Origin: Tubulanus polymorphus
Lineage: Eukaryota; Animalia; Nemertea
NCBI RefSeq assembly: GCF_964204645.1
Contig: NC_134031.1
Location: 9,176,001-9,240,000, forward strand
Reading direction: 5' to 3'
DNA length: 64,000 nucleotides
The notes under the pieces are model-generated. The model saw only the letters and a list, made by a program, of their open reading frames with translations. It made no database searches and was not told the origin of the DNA. Position numbers and translations under genes: made by a program. Of the stretch, positions 13,789-25,370 are shown in pieces; position 1 is the stretch's first letter, and each line of letters opens with the position of its first letter.

Positions 13789-14904
13789 TAATGTTCATTT
13801 AGTTATAGAAATTCATTGCCTTTTTGGAGTTTCTGTAATAATATTTGTTCTGCCCTAATTTTTATTACTGCATGAACCAATGATATGCTTTGTAAATATG
13901 ATGTAATAAAATAAATTTGAATTAAAAATTTGAACATGAGAATCAAGCATAACTTGTGTTTTTTCAACTTGTCTTACTTGTCTTTTGTTAACAGTTCCAG
14001 AGTTTCAATTACAATCAAATCCAAATTGGCTAAAAAGTACATAGGACTAGATGAAATGAACCGTTAGTTACTGCAAACCTATTCCAGTGTTATGTCGATC
14101 GTGTTGAATCACTTTCCTTGAGTTAAAAGAATCAGATCTTCTATGGTACAACATCGGTCGAAGAGAGATATCTTGGTGTTGACGGTCCTTGACCATCTAA
14201 CTTCATGCGTTTGACATTGGAATCGGCATCATACCCATTTGAACTGCAAAATATTCATACAACATGAAAACCTACAGTACATGTATACAGTAATCAAACT
14301 TTCACCGATGTTGGATATTTGAATGAACATTAGGTTTATTTCAGTATTCTATAGCAGGAAATAATAAGCCCAATCAATAGGCCCTATTCCCATTGGAACA
14401 ATTGTATAATGCGTACAGCTGTACCGTACACTTATCAGTCAAGAATGGAGAAATCGGTATACCAAACCTACGAACAGCAAAATGTACAGGCCTACAATGA
14501 TTTCTGGTATACAAGCCGTGACCACATGAACGTTTTGGTTTGACTAATAATGTCAGCAGGTCAGAGAAGGCCTGGCAAAACTTAATCACATGGCTCAAAT
14601 CAATTAGCCTTTCTGCGTGTTAATATTTCACTGTATTGTTTTAAAAATAGGCCTATCGAGTGAATTAGTACATAGACTGAATTAGACTTTAGGCTAGTCC
14701 TGACCAAATCCTATCCATGTTATAATGGCACCAGTTAGGCCCTATAGTAACATCACTGGAGGGCCGACAAGAGGGAAAAAGTTGTGTTTGTAGTACATAG
14801 GCATGGTAGGCTTGTCGTACTCACGTAATACTTAAAACGCTGTTGTTACCTGTACGTGACTGTACGGTGATTTCTACAGGTTAGCCGTATGTGAGTACGT
14901 TGAC

Positions 14905-15270
14905 AGTAATAGGGATAATAGGCTTTCATACCAAAGGTCGAAAGGTCGAGCTCGTAAAAAATGGAAATAACAATAATTTACAGTTGAATTAGTCGCGCAC
15001 ACTCCTAATTCAACTGTAAATTATTATTATTTTCATTTTTTTACTCACTCGCCCCTTCAACCTTTGATATGAAAGCCTATTATCCCTATTACTCTTAAAA
15101 TATTCATATATATGAATAAAATATAAATGAATAACATATATAAGTAACGAGTAATTAACGAGCTCTTATAGAATAGATATAAAAGTATATATTTACAACA
15201 TTATTTCAATATTCATATTTGTGTGAGTTAGTTAAACATTAAAATGTTAGTAAAGTGTGATTGAAATAAT
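14905..15270 (+). repeat. Left TIR of copy B; first 189 bp form a hairpin
   Basis: Reverse complement of 37068-37435 with about two differences; 14905-15093 is self-complementary. Confidence 0.95.
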
Positions 15271-15326
15271 TCATATATAAATCATTGAACTTCTAAAATC
15301 AATTTAAAAAAAAATTTGATATTAAA

Positions 15327-16440
15327 ATGGAAGCAAATAAGTACTACTGTCCAACATGTAATATCAATATAGATAAATCCCAAAAAGCAAGACACAATAA
15401 AACTAAAACACATTGAGAATAAATTGAAATTAGAATATGAAGATGATATATTAGAAACTAAATTAGATGAATTAAAGAATGAAAAAGAAACATACAAATG
15501 TGATACATGTAATCAATCATTCAGTGATAAAAGATATTATAATGAACATTTAGAATCTAAAAGTCATATTAGAAATAAGAATAATGATATTTTAGATGAA
15601 GATTATTTTGATAAAGATAATGATAAGAAACAGAAGACAATTAAAAGCATAAAAAATAAATTAAACAATAAAAGACCATACATGGAAGATGTAAGAAAAT
15701 ATATTAATTCGTTGGATAATAAAAAAGATATAGAGATAACCGAAGCATTTAAAAGTGATATTGGTCCAGCAGCTATCGAGTTTAAATTTCATAAAGGAAA
15801 AACATTAGAAGAAAATAAAAAACATTTAGAAAATATGAAAAATATTATAAAAATAATTACTGATGTTGAATATCCTAAAATTAGTATATCAGTTAAAGTA
15901 AAGTTTATAAAATCTGAAGATAAACCAATATATAATATAAATTCTCATTCACAACATATAATATCTAAACAACATATAGATGATAAATTAGATAAATGTT
16001 ATAATGAAGTAAAAACTAAAATAGAAGAGAAATATTTTGAAGGATCTGGTTTAATATTTGATGAAATAATATTTATGACTTTACATGTTTATAACACAAA
16101 ATATAATAAGTTAACTAAATCAAAACCAATTGATGAAAATAATGTATCATATTATAAAGAACCAGATATTGAAGCATCGAGTTATATTAAACTACCATTT
16201 AAAACTAATGCTGTTATAAATGTACAAAATGAAGATGATAAATGTTTTCTATGGGCTATAATAAGTTGTTTACATCCAACAGAAGATATTACACATAGTT
16301 TTAGATTAACTCATTATAAACCATTTGAAAATAATTATAAGATAGATAAGTATCCTGTTAGAATTAAAAACATCCCAAAAATAGAAAGAGATAATAATAT
16401 AAAGATAAATGTATTTGATTTAATCAAATTACCAAATATT
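15327..16440 (+). pseudogene. polB: pPolB N-terminal part of copy B, truncated at the fold-back centre
   Basis: MEANKYYCPTC start, frameshift near 15415, NVQNEDDKCFLWAIIS; homology ends at ~16438. Confidence 0.9.
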
Positions 16441-16445
16441 ACTTA

Positions 16446-17590
16446 TTATGTAAACATTTTCTACATAGATATATTTTATTATGGTGATCACTTTCTGTTC
16501 TAAAGAATAAATCTATTTGTTTAATCCACATATAATGATTCTCATAATATAGTATATCTATAACATCGTTTGAATCATAATCTTTTGATAGATATAAAGG
16601 TTCTAATGTATAATGTTTTATATTGTTACCTTTTGTATTTGGTAATTTGATTAAATCAAATACATTTATCTTTATAATATAAAGTCTATTTTTATAATGA
16701 GTTAATCTAAAACTATGTGTAATATCTTCTGTTGGATGTAAACAACTTATTATAGCCCATAGAAAACATTTATCATCTTCATTTTGTACATTTATAACAG
16801 CATTAGTTTTAAATGGTAGTTTAATATAACTCGATGCTTCAATATCTGGTTCTTTATAATATGATACATTATTTTCATCAATTGGTTTTGATTTAGTTAA
16901 CTTATTATATTTTTATAACATTTATCTAATTTATCATCTATATGTTGTTTAGATATTATATGTTGTGAATGAGAATTTATATTATATATTGGTTTATCTT
17001 CAGATTTTATAAACTTTACTTTAACTGATATACTAATTTTAGGATATTCAACATCAGTAATTATTTTTATAATATTTTTCATATTTTCTAAATGTTTTTT
17101 ATTTTCTTCTAATGTTTTTCCTTTATGAAATTTAAACTCGATAGCTGCTGGACCAATATCACTTTTAAATGCTTCGGTTATCTCTATATCTTTTTTATTA
17201 TCCAATGAATTAATATATTTTCTTACATCTTCCATGTATGGTCTTTTATTGTTTAATTTATTTTTTATGCTTTTAATTGTCTTCTGTTTCTTATCATTAT
17301 CTTTATCAAAATAATCTTCATCTAAAATATCATTATTCTTATTTCTAATATGACTTTTAGATTTTAAATGTTCATTATAATATCTTTTATCACTGAATGA
17401 TTGATTACATGTATCACATTTGTATGTTTCTTTTTCATTCTTTAATTCATCTAATTTAGTTTCTAATATATCATCTTCATATTCTAATTTCAATTTATTC
17501 TCAATGTGTTTTAGTTTTATTGTGTCTTGCTTTTTGGGATTTATCTATATTGATATTACATGTTGGACAGTAGTACTTATTTGCTTCCAT
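16446..17590 (-). pseudogene. polB: Mirror copy of the pPolB N-terminus with two internal deletions
   Basis: ORF 16897-17493 is nearly identical to the start of ORF 15424-16503; homology continues to ..IYLCRKCLH near 16450. Confidence 0.9.
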
Positions 17591-17647
17591 TTTAATATCA
17601 AATTTTTTTTTTAAATTGATTTTAGAAGTTCAATGATTTATATATGA

Positions 17648-18013
17648 ATTATTTCAATCACACTTTACTAACATTTTAATGTTTAACTAACTCACACAAA
17701 TATGAATATTGAAATAATGTTGTAAATATATACTTTTATATCTATTCTATAAGAGCTCGTTAATTACTCGTTACTTATATATGTTATTCATTTATATTTT
17801 ATTCATATATATGAATATTTTAAGAGTAATAGGGATAATAGGCTTTCATATCAAAGGTTGAAGGGGCGAGTGAGTAAAAAAATGAAAATAATAATAATTT
17901 ACAGTTGAATTAGGAGTGTGCGCGACTAATTCAACTGTAAATTATTGTTATTTCCATTTTTTACGAGCTCGACCTTTCGACCTTTGGTATGAAAGCCTAT
18001 TATCCCTATTACT
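17648..18013 (-). repeat. Duplicated left TIR of copy B (inverted), with hairpin at 17825-18013
   Basis: Ends CCCTATTACT at 18013, followed by GTCAAC, the reverse complement of the left TSD. Confidence 0.93.
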
Positions 18014-19135
18014 GTCAACGTACTCACATACGGCTAACCTGTAGAAATCACCGTACAGTCACGTACAGGTAACAACAGCGTTTTAAGTATTACGTGAGTA
18101 CGACAAGCCTACCATGCCTATGTACTACAAACACAACTTTTTCCCTCTTGTCGGCCCTCCAGTGATGTTACTATAGGGCCTAACTGGTGCCATTATAACA
18201 TGGATAGGATTTGGTCAGGACTAGCCTAAAGTCTAATTCAGTCTATGTACTAATTCACTCGATAGGCCTATTTTTAAAACAATACAGTGAAATATTAACA
18301 CGCAGAAAGGCTAATTGATTTGAGCCATGTGATTAAGTTTTGCCAGGCCTTCTCTGACCTGCTGACATTATTAGTCAAACCAAAACGTTCATGTGGTCAC
18401 GGCTTGTATACCAGAAATCATTGTAGGCCTGTACATTTTGCTGTTCGTAGGTTTGGTATACCGATTTCTCCATTCTTAACTGATAAGTGTACGGTACAGC
18501 TGTACGCATTATACAATTGTTCCAATGGGAATAGGGCCTATTGATTGGGCTTATTATTTCCTGCTATAGAATACTGAAATAAACCTAATGTTCATTCAAA
18601 TATCCAACATCGATGAAAGTTTGATTACTGTATACATGTACTGTAGGTTTTCATGTTGTATTAATATTTTGCAGTTCAAATGGGTATGATGCCGATTCCA
18701 ATGTCAAACGCATGAAGTTAGATGGTCAAGGACCGTCAACACCAAGATATCTCTCTTCGACCGATGTTGTACCATAGAAGATCTGATTCTTTTAACTCAA
18801 GGAAAGTGATTCAACACGATCGACATAACACTGGAATAGGTTTGCAGTAACTAACGGTTCATTTCATCTAGTCCTATGTACTTTTTAGCCAATTTGGATT
18901 TGATTGTAATTGAAACTCTGGAACTGTTAACAAAAGACAAGTAAGACAAGTTGAAAAAACACAAGTTATGCTTGATTCTCATGTTCAAATTTTTAATTCA
19001 AATTTATTTTATTACATCATATTTACAAAGCATATCATTGGTTCATGCAGTAATAAAAATTAGGGCAGAACAAATATTATTACAGAAACTCCAAAAAGGC
19101 AATGAATTTCATTTCTATAACTAAATGAACATTAT

Positions 19136-19697
19136 TTTAAGCCCACTTGGGACTTTAGTCCCAGCGGGCTATTGCGTTCACTTTTCGCCCGTCGTCCATC
19201 CGTCCGTAGACGGAAATCAGTTATTTTAGGAAGTTTTGAAGACGCTTCAATGTAATGTCTTGATATTTGGGTTACACATGTATCTACCCTAGACACATCT
19301 TCAGCCCAAAAACTGGCCCTGTCAGAATCAAGATGGCCGACTGGCAGCCATTGTTATTCGCCAAAATCAACACTTTTTACACATTTTTGAACTTTTTGAG
19401 GGAAATTTTGAAGATGCTTTGATCAATTACCTTGATCTTTCGGATATATGTGAATGTCCCCTGGGCCCATTAGCATAACAAAAATTGGGATACGGACTCA
19501 AGATGGCCGTCCTATGACCTTTTTTAGTGTCCAAAAATGTCAATTTTGGCCCGAATTCTGAGTTTGCCATTTCTCATTGCAGTTTGTGATGGGTATTCAT
19601 TGAAAAGGGATGTTTTATACCTTTGATACCTGAATTGTTAGATTGTTGAGCATTTTGAACCACTTCCCAAGTGGGCATGGTGTCTTGGACCCCTAGT
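19136..19697 (+). mobile_element. Mirror copy of the HINE-like element at 13226-13788
   Basis: Reverse complement within the inverted duplication. Confidence 0.7.
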
Positions 19698-20273
19698 TCT
19701 AATAACTCAGATCAAGAGTGACTCTCCCATTTATTAGAACTTGTGGAATAGGTTTGATTTACACACATGTTGCAGGTATCAATTGTTTATCACTATAGAA
19801 TTTGTAATCCATAAAAGCCAAAATCAACATCAGCCGGAAACCCAGACCAAATCAATTCATAAGTTATTGATTGAATCTACACTACAATATATGTATTTAT
19901 TCAAATATTTCAATAAAAACATTTACTTATTAAATCTATTCTAAATCATGATACGTTCTTATCTGTGAATTCACTCAATCTATCGGCTCAGCAGGTGCTT
20001 AAGATGAGTTCTTAATAGGACAGATCCATTTTTAAGGATGGTGATAATACAGTATCATGATGTTTGAATGCCAAAATAAATGCCTGGTCAAATATATTAA
20101 TATTTGTGATTGTACGTCCTGAATCATATTTGACGTTTACACAGTGGTTGCATATTAGGTTCGAATCTGTCAATGCATTTTATTCTATGTATCGATATTT
20201 CAATTTACTACAATTCCCATCATTCTGAATGGCTTTACATCGCTCCTTTGCAGCTATATCTTTACATATTTTC

Positions 20274-20627
20274 TTATTCGAAATTTATTTCATGGTGCCC
20301 CTTTTCATTCTTACCTTTGTATACGAAATAGAAATCTCCAGAACATAATTCTTCTAGATCTTCACTTGATAATCTATGAAATCTATCTGGTAAATATGTT
20401 CTGAATTTATATGTATTTCCTTTTAATCCTTCATATTCTAAGTGTATAACTAATTTATCTCCATATTTGTTAGTAACTGTATCAATATTTGTAATTAGAT
20501 ATTTCTTATGGATTATTAATTCTTTTAACTTCTTAAATTTATAATCTACTGATTTGACATTTGAAGTATCTTTTATTCTATCTAGAAATAATTTGTTGTT
20601 CTCACTGTTTGCTTGTTTACTCTCCAT
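20274..20627 (-). CDS. 117-aa putative SSB, mirror of 12296-12649
   Basis: Identical protein. Confidence 0.65.
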   Translation of the reverse strand: MESKQANSENNKLFLDRIKDTSNVKSVDYKFKKLKELIIHKKYLITNIDTVTNKYGDKLVIHLEYEGLKGNTYKFRTYLPDRFHRLSSEDLEELCSGDFYFVYKGKNEKGHHEINFE

Positions 20628-20656
20628 TTATAATACATATTTTTATTAAAATTTGA

Positions 20657-22697
20657 TTAACACGTTAGAATTCTTTTCATTATCTCGTTCTCTTTTGTTT
20701 CTTCTCTTTTAAATTCTAAGTATTCATCTAAATTGCAACCATATGCAACTGTATGAATTCCATCATCTAAAATATATCTTTTATCATCAAATGGATTCAA
20801 ACTAACCTTTTCAATTTCTTCAATAAACATCTCGTGATCTTCTGATCTTAAACATTTCATCTTATGTTTTCTAACTTCTTCATTGAATATACAATTGATG
20901 TAATCTTTGAAATGAATATTCTTTTCTACCACACTTTTGGTTATTCCTTTCAATTTCTTTGATTCATGAGTTTTGGTTTTATAACTATACATTTTAGATC
21001 TAATTCCTATGAACTCTATCATTTCTTCACCACCTAATTCATCTTTGAATTTACCAGGAACTTTTTTATTATCATTGCTAAACAATTCATGATCTTTAGG
21101 ATAATTACTGAAATCAAAATGATGTTTTAATGTTTTTAAGTCATCTGTTATGTTATTAGTTTTTATCTTTAATATGTAACTGTCAGTATCAAAATATAAG
21201 ATTTCTATATGTTTTTCTCCAAAATGAGGTTGTAACACATTTTTATAGAATTCATACATTAATAATTCTGATATTTCTAAAACTGATGCTCCAACATGAA
21301 TTGGTTTATTAAATTTCATAGATGTTCTTCTCATTTTAACTGCGGCTAAATTTTCATCAAATATTCTGTTACCTATAAATTTAGGGTATGTTTGTGAATG
21401 CCTTATCCTTTTGCCATTACTAACTAACTCAATATCATTTCTATTTCTAATATTTTCACAGTCTTACCATAGAATGCATTATTCATTAACTTGAAGAAAT
21501 CTTTCTCGAAATCAGTATTAGCTTTAGTTCTCTGTTTGGTGTTAAAATATATATATTTTTCTAACCATTTAGATTGACTGAATGAAATATATCTATGTAC
21601 TTTTTTAGGATCATTCCTTGTTTTAGATAAAACTTTAACATTCTATAATGTACTACATAATTATATTTATCTTCCTGAGTTACCATTAACTTTTCTGTAT
21701 GAATATGATTTTCGGGTTTAATTCTTTTTTGATAATTTGATAATTCTTCATGCGTTACAGTTTTGTGTTCGGGACAGTATGCTAGATTTCTAGATTTAAA
21801 TTTAATATGTTCAGGATATTCTAAATCTACAACAAAAAAGTAACCAGTATCTGAATCATCTGCAATATCTAGAATCCTTTTCTTCCAATCAAATTTGTCA
21901 TTATTTTCATGTTGTAAAACTTCACTTATTTCAAATACTCCATAAGGTTGTGGTTCCATCATTGCCCAACCATACAAATTATTTACATCTATATATAATA
22001 ACTTATATCCAGGATTATCATTTACATTGAAATATCTATCGCCTAATACACCTGAAACTCCTCCTCTTATAGATTTTTCAAATAATAATAATTGATATAT
22101 ATTTGTTAACAAATCCATTTTTATATCTGTAAATTTTAAACCACAATCCCATGTTAAACCTGGTGATGAATAACAATGACAAGGATCAATGTTAAAAAAT
22201 ATTTTAAGTTTACATCTCTAAACCTTTCGAATATATCCGATAATAATAATACATCTGATTTTAAATATAAATCTACTAATTGTCCATGATTTTTCATTCC
22301 AAAATGATTCCAAATATTCAATGTTCTATTATATACTTCATCTTTAACATATTCATTTTTTAATTCATCATAGAATTGTTCTTTTAATAATTCAGTTATG
22401 TTAAGATCATTATGATTTTTATAGAAAGAATATGGAATTGCTCCTTTATATCTCATTAATTGGAAATCATCATTATTTGGATAGTGTTGCTTTAATATTT
22501 TTAATTCATCATCAACTAATGATTTTGATAAGTTATCTAATGAACTATTTAAAAATCTATATGAATCTATAAATCTTAAACACCCAAATTGGAATGATAT
22601 ATAATTCTCAGATGTTCTAGCTAACATTTTAAATTTATAAGTTGGTATTTTATCTTTTGATCTATTTGAATTTAATCTTTCTATTTCATTATTGATT
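20657..22697 (-). pseudogene. polB: Mirror copy of the C-terminal half of copy A pPolB
   Basis: ORFs 20657-21334, 21561-22118 and 22154-22627 match copy A, including its frameshifts. Confidence 0.93.
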
Positions 22698-23270
22698 CTG
22701 TAAAACTTCAGTTAATTCAAATACTCCATAAGGTTGTGGTTCCATCATTGCCCAACCATACAAATTATTTGCATCTATATATAATAACTTATATCCAGGG
22801 TTATCATTTACATTGAAATATCTATCACCTAATGCACCTGAAACTCCTCCTCTTATAGATTTTTCAAATAATAATAATTGATCTATATTTGTTAACAAAT
22901 CCATTTTTATATCTGTAAATTTTAATCCACAATCCCATGTTAAACCTGGTGATGAATAACAATGACAAGGATCAATATTGAAATATTTTAGGTTTACATC
23001 TCTAAACCTTTCGAATATATCCGATAATAATAATACATCTGATTTTAAATATAAATCTACTAATTGCCCATGATTTTCTATTTTGAAATGATTCCAAATA
23101 TTCAATGTTCTATTATATACTTCATCTTTAACATATTCATTTTTTAATTCATCATAGAATTGTTCTTTTAATAATTAAGTTATATTAAAATCATTATGTG
23201 ATTTATAAAATGAATATGGAATTGCTCCTTTATATCTCATTAATTGAAAATCATCATTATTCGGGTAGTG
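22698..23270 (-). pseudogene. polB: Inverted central pPolB fragment of a non-A allele (probably copy B's own)
   Basis: YLKSDV..NIDPCHCYSSPGLTW..SIRGG..YIDANNLYG, without copy A's frameshift. Confidence 0.88.
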
Positions 23271-23309
23271 AGGAGAGAATCCCACAATGATAAACTTCGA
23301 GATAGTAGT

Positions 23310-23355
23310 TTATTCAACGTTTCGACTATATCCTAATAGTCATCTTCAGGAATAA
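23310..23355 (-). ncRNA. Minimal type I hammerhead ribozyme (Penelope-like element type)
   Basis: Minus strand reads TTATTC-CTGAAGA-T-GACTAT-taggat-ATAGTC-GAAA-CGTT-GAATAA: 6-bp helix I, CUGANGA core, 6-bp helix II, GAAA, palindromic AACGTT helix III with a GUU site. Confidence 0.8.
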
Positions 23356-23592
23356 TGTATATTCAATGTAGAAGTTAGAAAACATAAGATGAGATGTTTA
23401 AGATCTGAAGATCATGAAATGTTTATTGAAGAAATTGAAAAGGTTAGTTTGAATCCATTTGATGATAAAATATATATTTTAGATGATGGAATTCATACAG
23501 TTGCTTATGGTTGTAATTTAGATGAATACTTAAAATTTAAAAGAGAAGAAACAAAAGAGAACGAGATAATGAAAAGAATTCTAACGTGTTAA
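23356..23592 (+). pseudogene. polB: pPolB C-terminal remnant of copy B
   Basis: K.SLNPFDDK.YILDDGIHT.AYG, as in copies A and C. Confidence 0.9.
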
Positions 23593-23621
23593 TCAAATTT
23601 TAATAAAAATATGTATTATAA

Positions 23622-23975
23622 ATGGAGAGTAAACAAACACACAGTGAGAACAACAAATTATTTCTAGATAGAATTAAAGATATCAAAAATGTAAAATCTG
23701 TAGATTATAAATTCAAAAAGTTAACAGAATTAACAATTCATAAGAAATATCTAATTACAAATATTGATACAGTTACTAATAACTATGGAGATAAATTAGT
23801 TATACACTTAGAATATGAAGGATTAAAAGGAAATACATATAAATTCAGAACATATTTACCGGATAGATTTCATAGATTATCAAGTGAAGATCTAGAAGAA
23901 TTATGTTCTGGAGATTTCTATTTCGTATACAAAGGTAAGAATGAAAAAGGGCACCATGAAATAGATTTCGAATAA
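23622..23975 (+). CDS. 117-aa putative SSB (copy B)
   Basis: Intact homolog of 12296-12649. Confidence 0.65.
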   Translation: MESKQTHSENNKLFLDRIKDIKNVKSVDYKFKKLTELTIHKKYLITNIDTVTNNYGDKLVIHLEYEGLKGNTYKFRTYLPDRFHRLSSEDLEELCSGDFYFVYKGKNEKGHHEIDFE

Positions 23976-23992
23976 GAAAATATGTAAAACAA

Positions 23993-24751
23993 ATGGCGGA
24001 ATTAAAAGAATACAGAATATTTGTTGATTCAAGAAAGCTTACTAATTATAAATCTCATAATTTACTAGTTCAATTAGATAGGGAATATAAAAATTGTGTA
24101 GATTTAAAATTAGTTAATTTAAGTTTATGTAAATCTTTTTATAATATAACGAATAAAACTATTGAAGATAATGCTGTTTTAATTCATATTAGAAATGTAG
24201 ATAAATGGTTTAATCTAATTTTAAAACCAGGATTATATAATTTAGAAACATTAGCTCAAGAAATTAATCGTAGAGCACGGTTGAAAATTAGAAGAGAAGA
24301 TAAATTTTTAATTAGATTTATAAAAAGTGATAGCACAAATAAAATTAAAATAAAGGTATATGATGAAAGTCAACATGCATTTATGGTAAAAAAACCTATA
24401 GCTAAACTGTTAGGAATTGCACCAGATACTGTTACAGGAAACGTAGATGGTAATTCAAATATAATACCTTTTACACACTTTTATATTTATTGCAATTTAA
24501 TCGAGCCTACAAAAACATTCGAAGCAACTAAAGATACAATTTGTAATTCTAGTATATTAAATATTTTACCATTAAAAAATGTTAGACAATTTGGAACGCA
24601 AATAAATCATGATTTAACAGAATGTGATTTCAAACCTTGTATTCCACATTTCAATAATTTCAAATTAGAAATAAGAAATCATAATGGATATTTAATTGAT
24701 TTGAATAACTTTCCTGTAATTTATGAATTAGTTATAAGATGTAGAGAGTAA
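23993..24751 (+). CDS. Minor capsid protein (penton, single jelly-roll)
   Basis: Polinton mCP pattern: IFVDSR..N...V.LDR.YK..V.L.L..LS, then FYIYCNLI..IL..LP..F.LEIRN.NG.LID.N..PV.YEL; 252 aa. Confidence 0.8.
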   Translation: MAELKEYRIFVDSRKLTNYKSHNLLVQLDREYKNCVDLKLVNLSLCKSFYNITNKTIEDNAVLIHIRNVDKWFNLILKPGLYNLETLAQEINRRARLKIRREDKFLIRFIKSDSTNKIKIKVYDESQHAFMVKKPIAKLLGIAPDTVTGNVDGNSNIIPFTHFYIYCNLIEPTKTFEATKDTICNSSILNILPLKNVRQFGTQINHDLTECDFKPCIPHFNNFKLEIRNHNGYLIDLNNFPVIYELVIRCRE

Positions 24752-24767
24752 TTTTTTCACTATATAA

Positions 24768-25124
24768 ATGAATATAACTGTTGGACCGAGCATATGTTTT
24801 GGATTTGATTTTAAACGTGAGAAAGAAATGAAATTTAACATTAATGATGTAATTACACACATCAAAAATATTACATTTTCTAATGAAACAACATTTGAGT
24901 ATGAAACAACAATAGATAAAGAAACTTTAAATGTAGAAAAGATTACTAATTTAATTAGAGAATCTTTAAGATTTTATGAATTAGATGAAGATTTTATCAT
25001 CGATGATATTAAAAAAATAATAATTGAAATATATACAAATGAAACTAGTAATGAAATAAATGTTGAATTAATCATAAATAAGATAACTAAATATTTTGAT
25101 GATAGTAATTCTTTTTATAAATAA
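24768..25124 (+). CDS. Hypothetical acidic protein, 118 aa
   Basis: Conserved in copies D (39403) and C (48405); TATAAATG start. Confidence 0.7.
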   Translation: MNITVGPSICFGFDFKREKEMKFNINDVITHIKNITFSNETTFEYETTIDKETLNVEKITNLIRESLRFYELDEDFIIDDIKKIIIEIYTNETSNEINVELIINKITKYFDDSNSFYK

Positions 25125-25346
25125 ATGAGTGATAATAAGTGGATAATAACTGGTTAATATAATGGAGCATTATTATCTGTTGGAACTGTTGGTTATACAA
25201 TGGTATTAAAAGAAGTATTTAAAATGGGAAGTGTTAATGTTGATAGATTTGATATAAATGATATTTTAAAATTAACATTGGCAGTTACTTTATCTAATTT
25301 AACTATTGATTATTTGGAAAAACAAAAATATATTCCTCCCATATAA
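25125..25346 (+). pseudogene. Small (~73 aa) hydrophobic protein with premature stop; not in the ORF track
   Basis: MSDNKWIITG*YNGALLSVGTVGYTMVLK..YLEKQKYIPPI; copy D (39759) has TTA at the stop position. Confidence 0.65.
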
Positions 25347-25370
25347 ATGCATAATTATTTTACTAAATAA

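Larger units (their letters stand above)
10225..22697. repeat. Giant inverted duplication (fold-back), arms ~6.2 kb, centre ~16440-16640
   Basis: Mirror ORF pairs have coordinate sums of 32918-32923 (e.g. 12649/20274, 11361/21561, 14598/18320). Identity ends at 10225/22697. Confidence 0.97.

Noticed and set aside
14374-14598. ORFs 14374-14598/18320-18544 and 12979-13182/19741-19944 appearing conserved in two copies
   Set aside because: Identity is due to the recent inverted duplication; there is no coding signal.
14815-14898. Inverted similarity between B's left flank and 37610-37790 (CACCGTACAGTCACGTAC motifs) as extended TIRs
   Set aside because: It lies outside the TSD, is diverged and offset, and belongs to the repeat that B inserted into.
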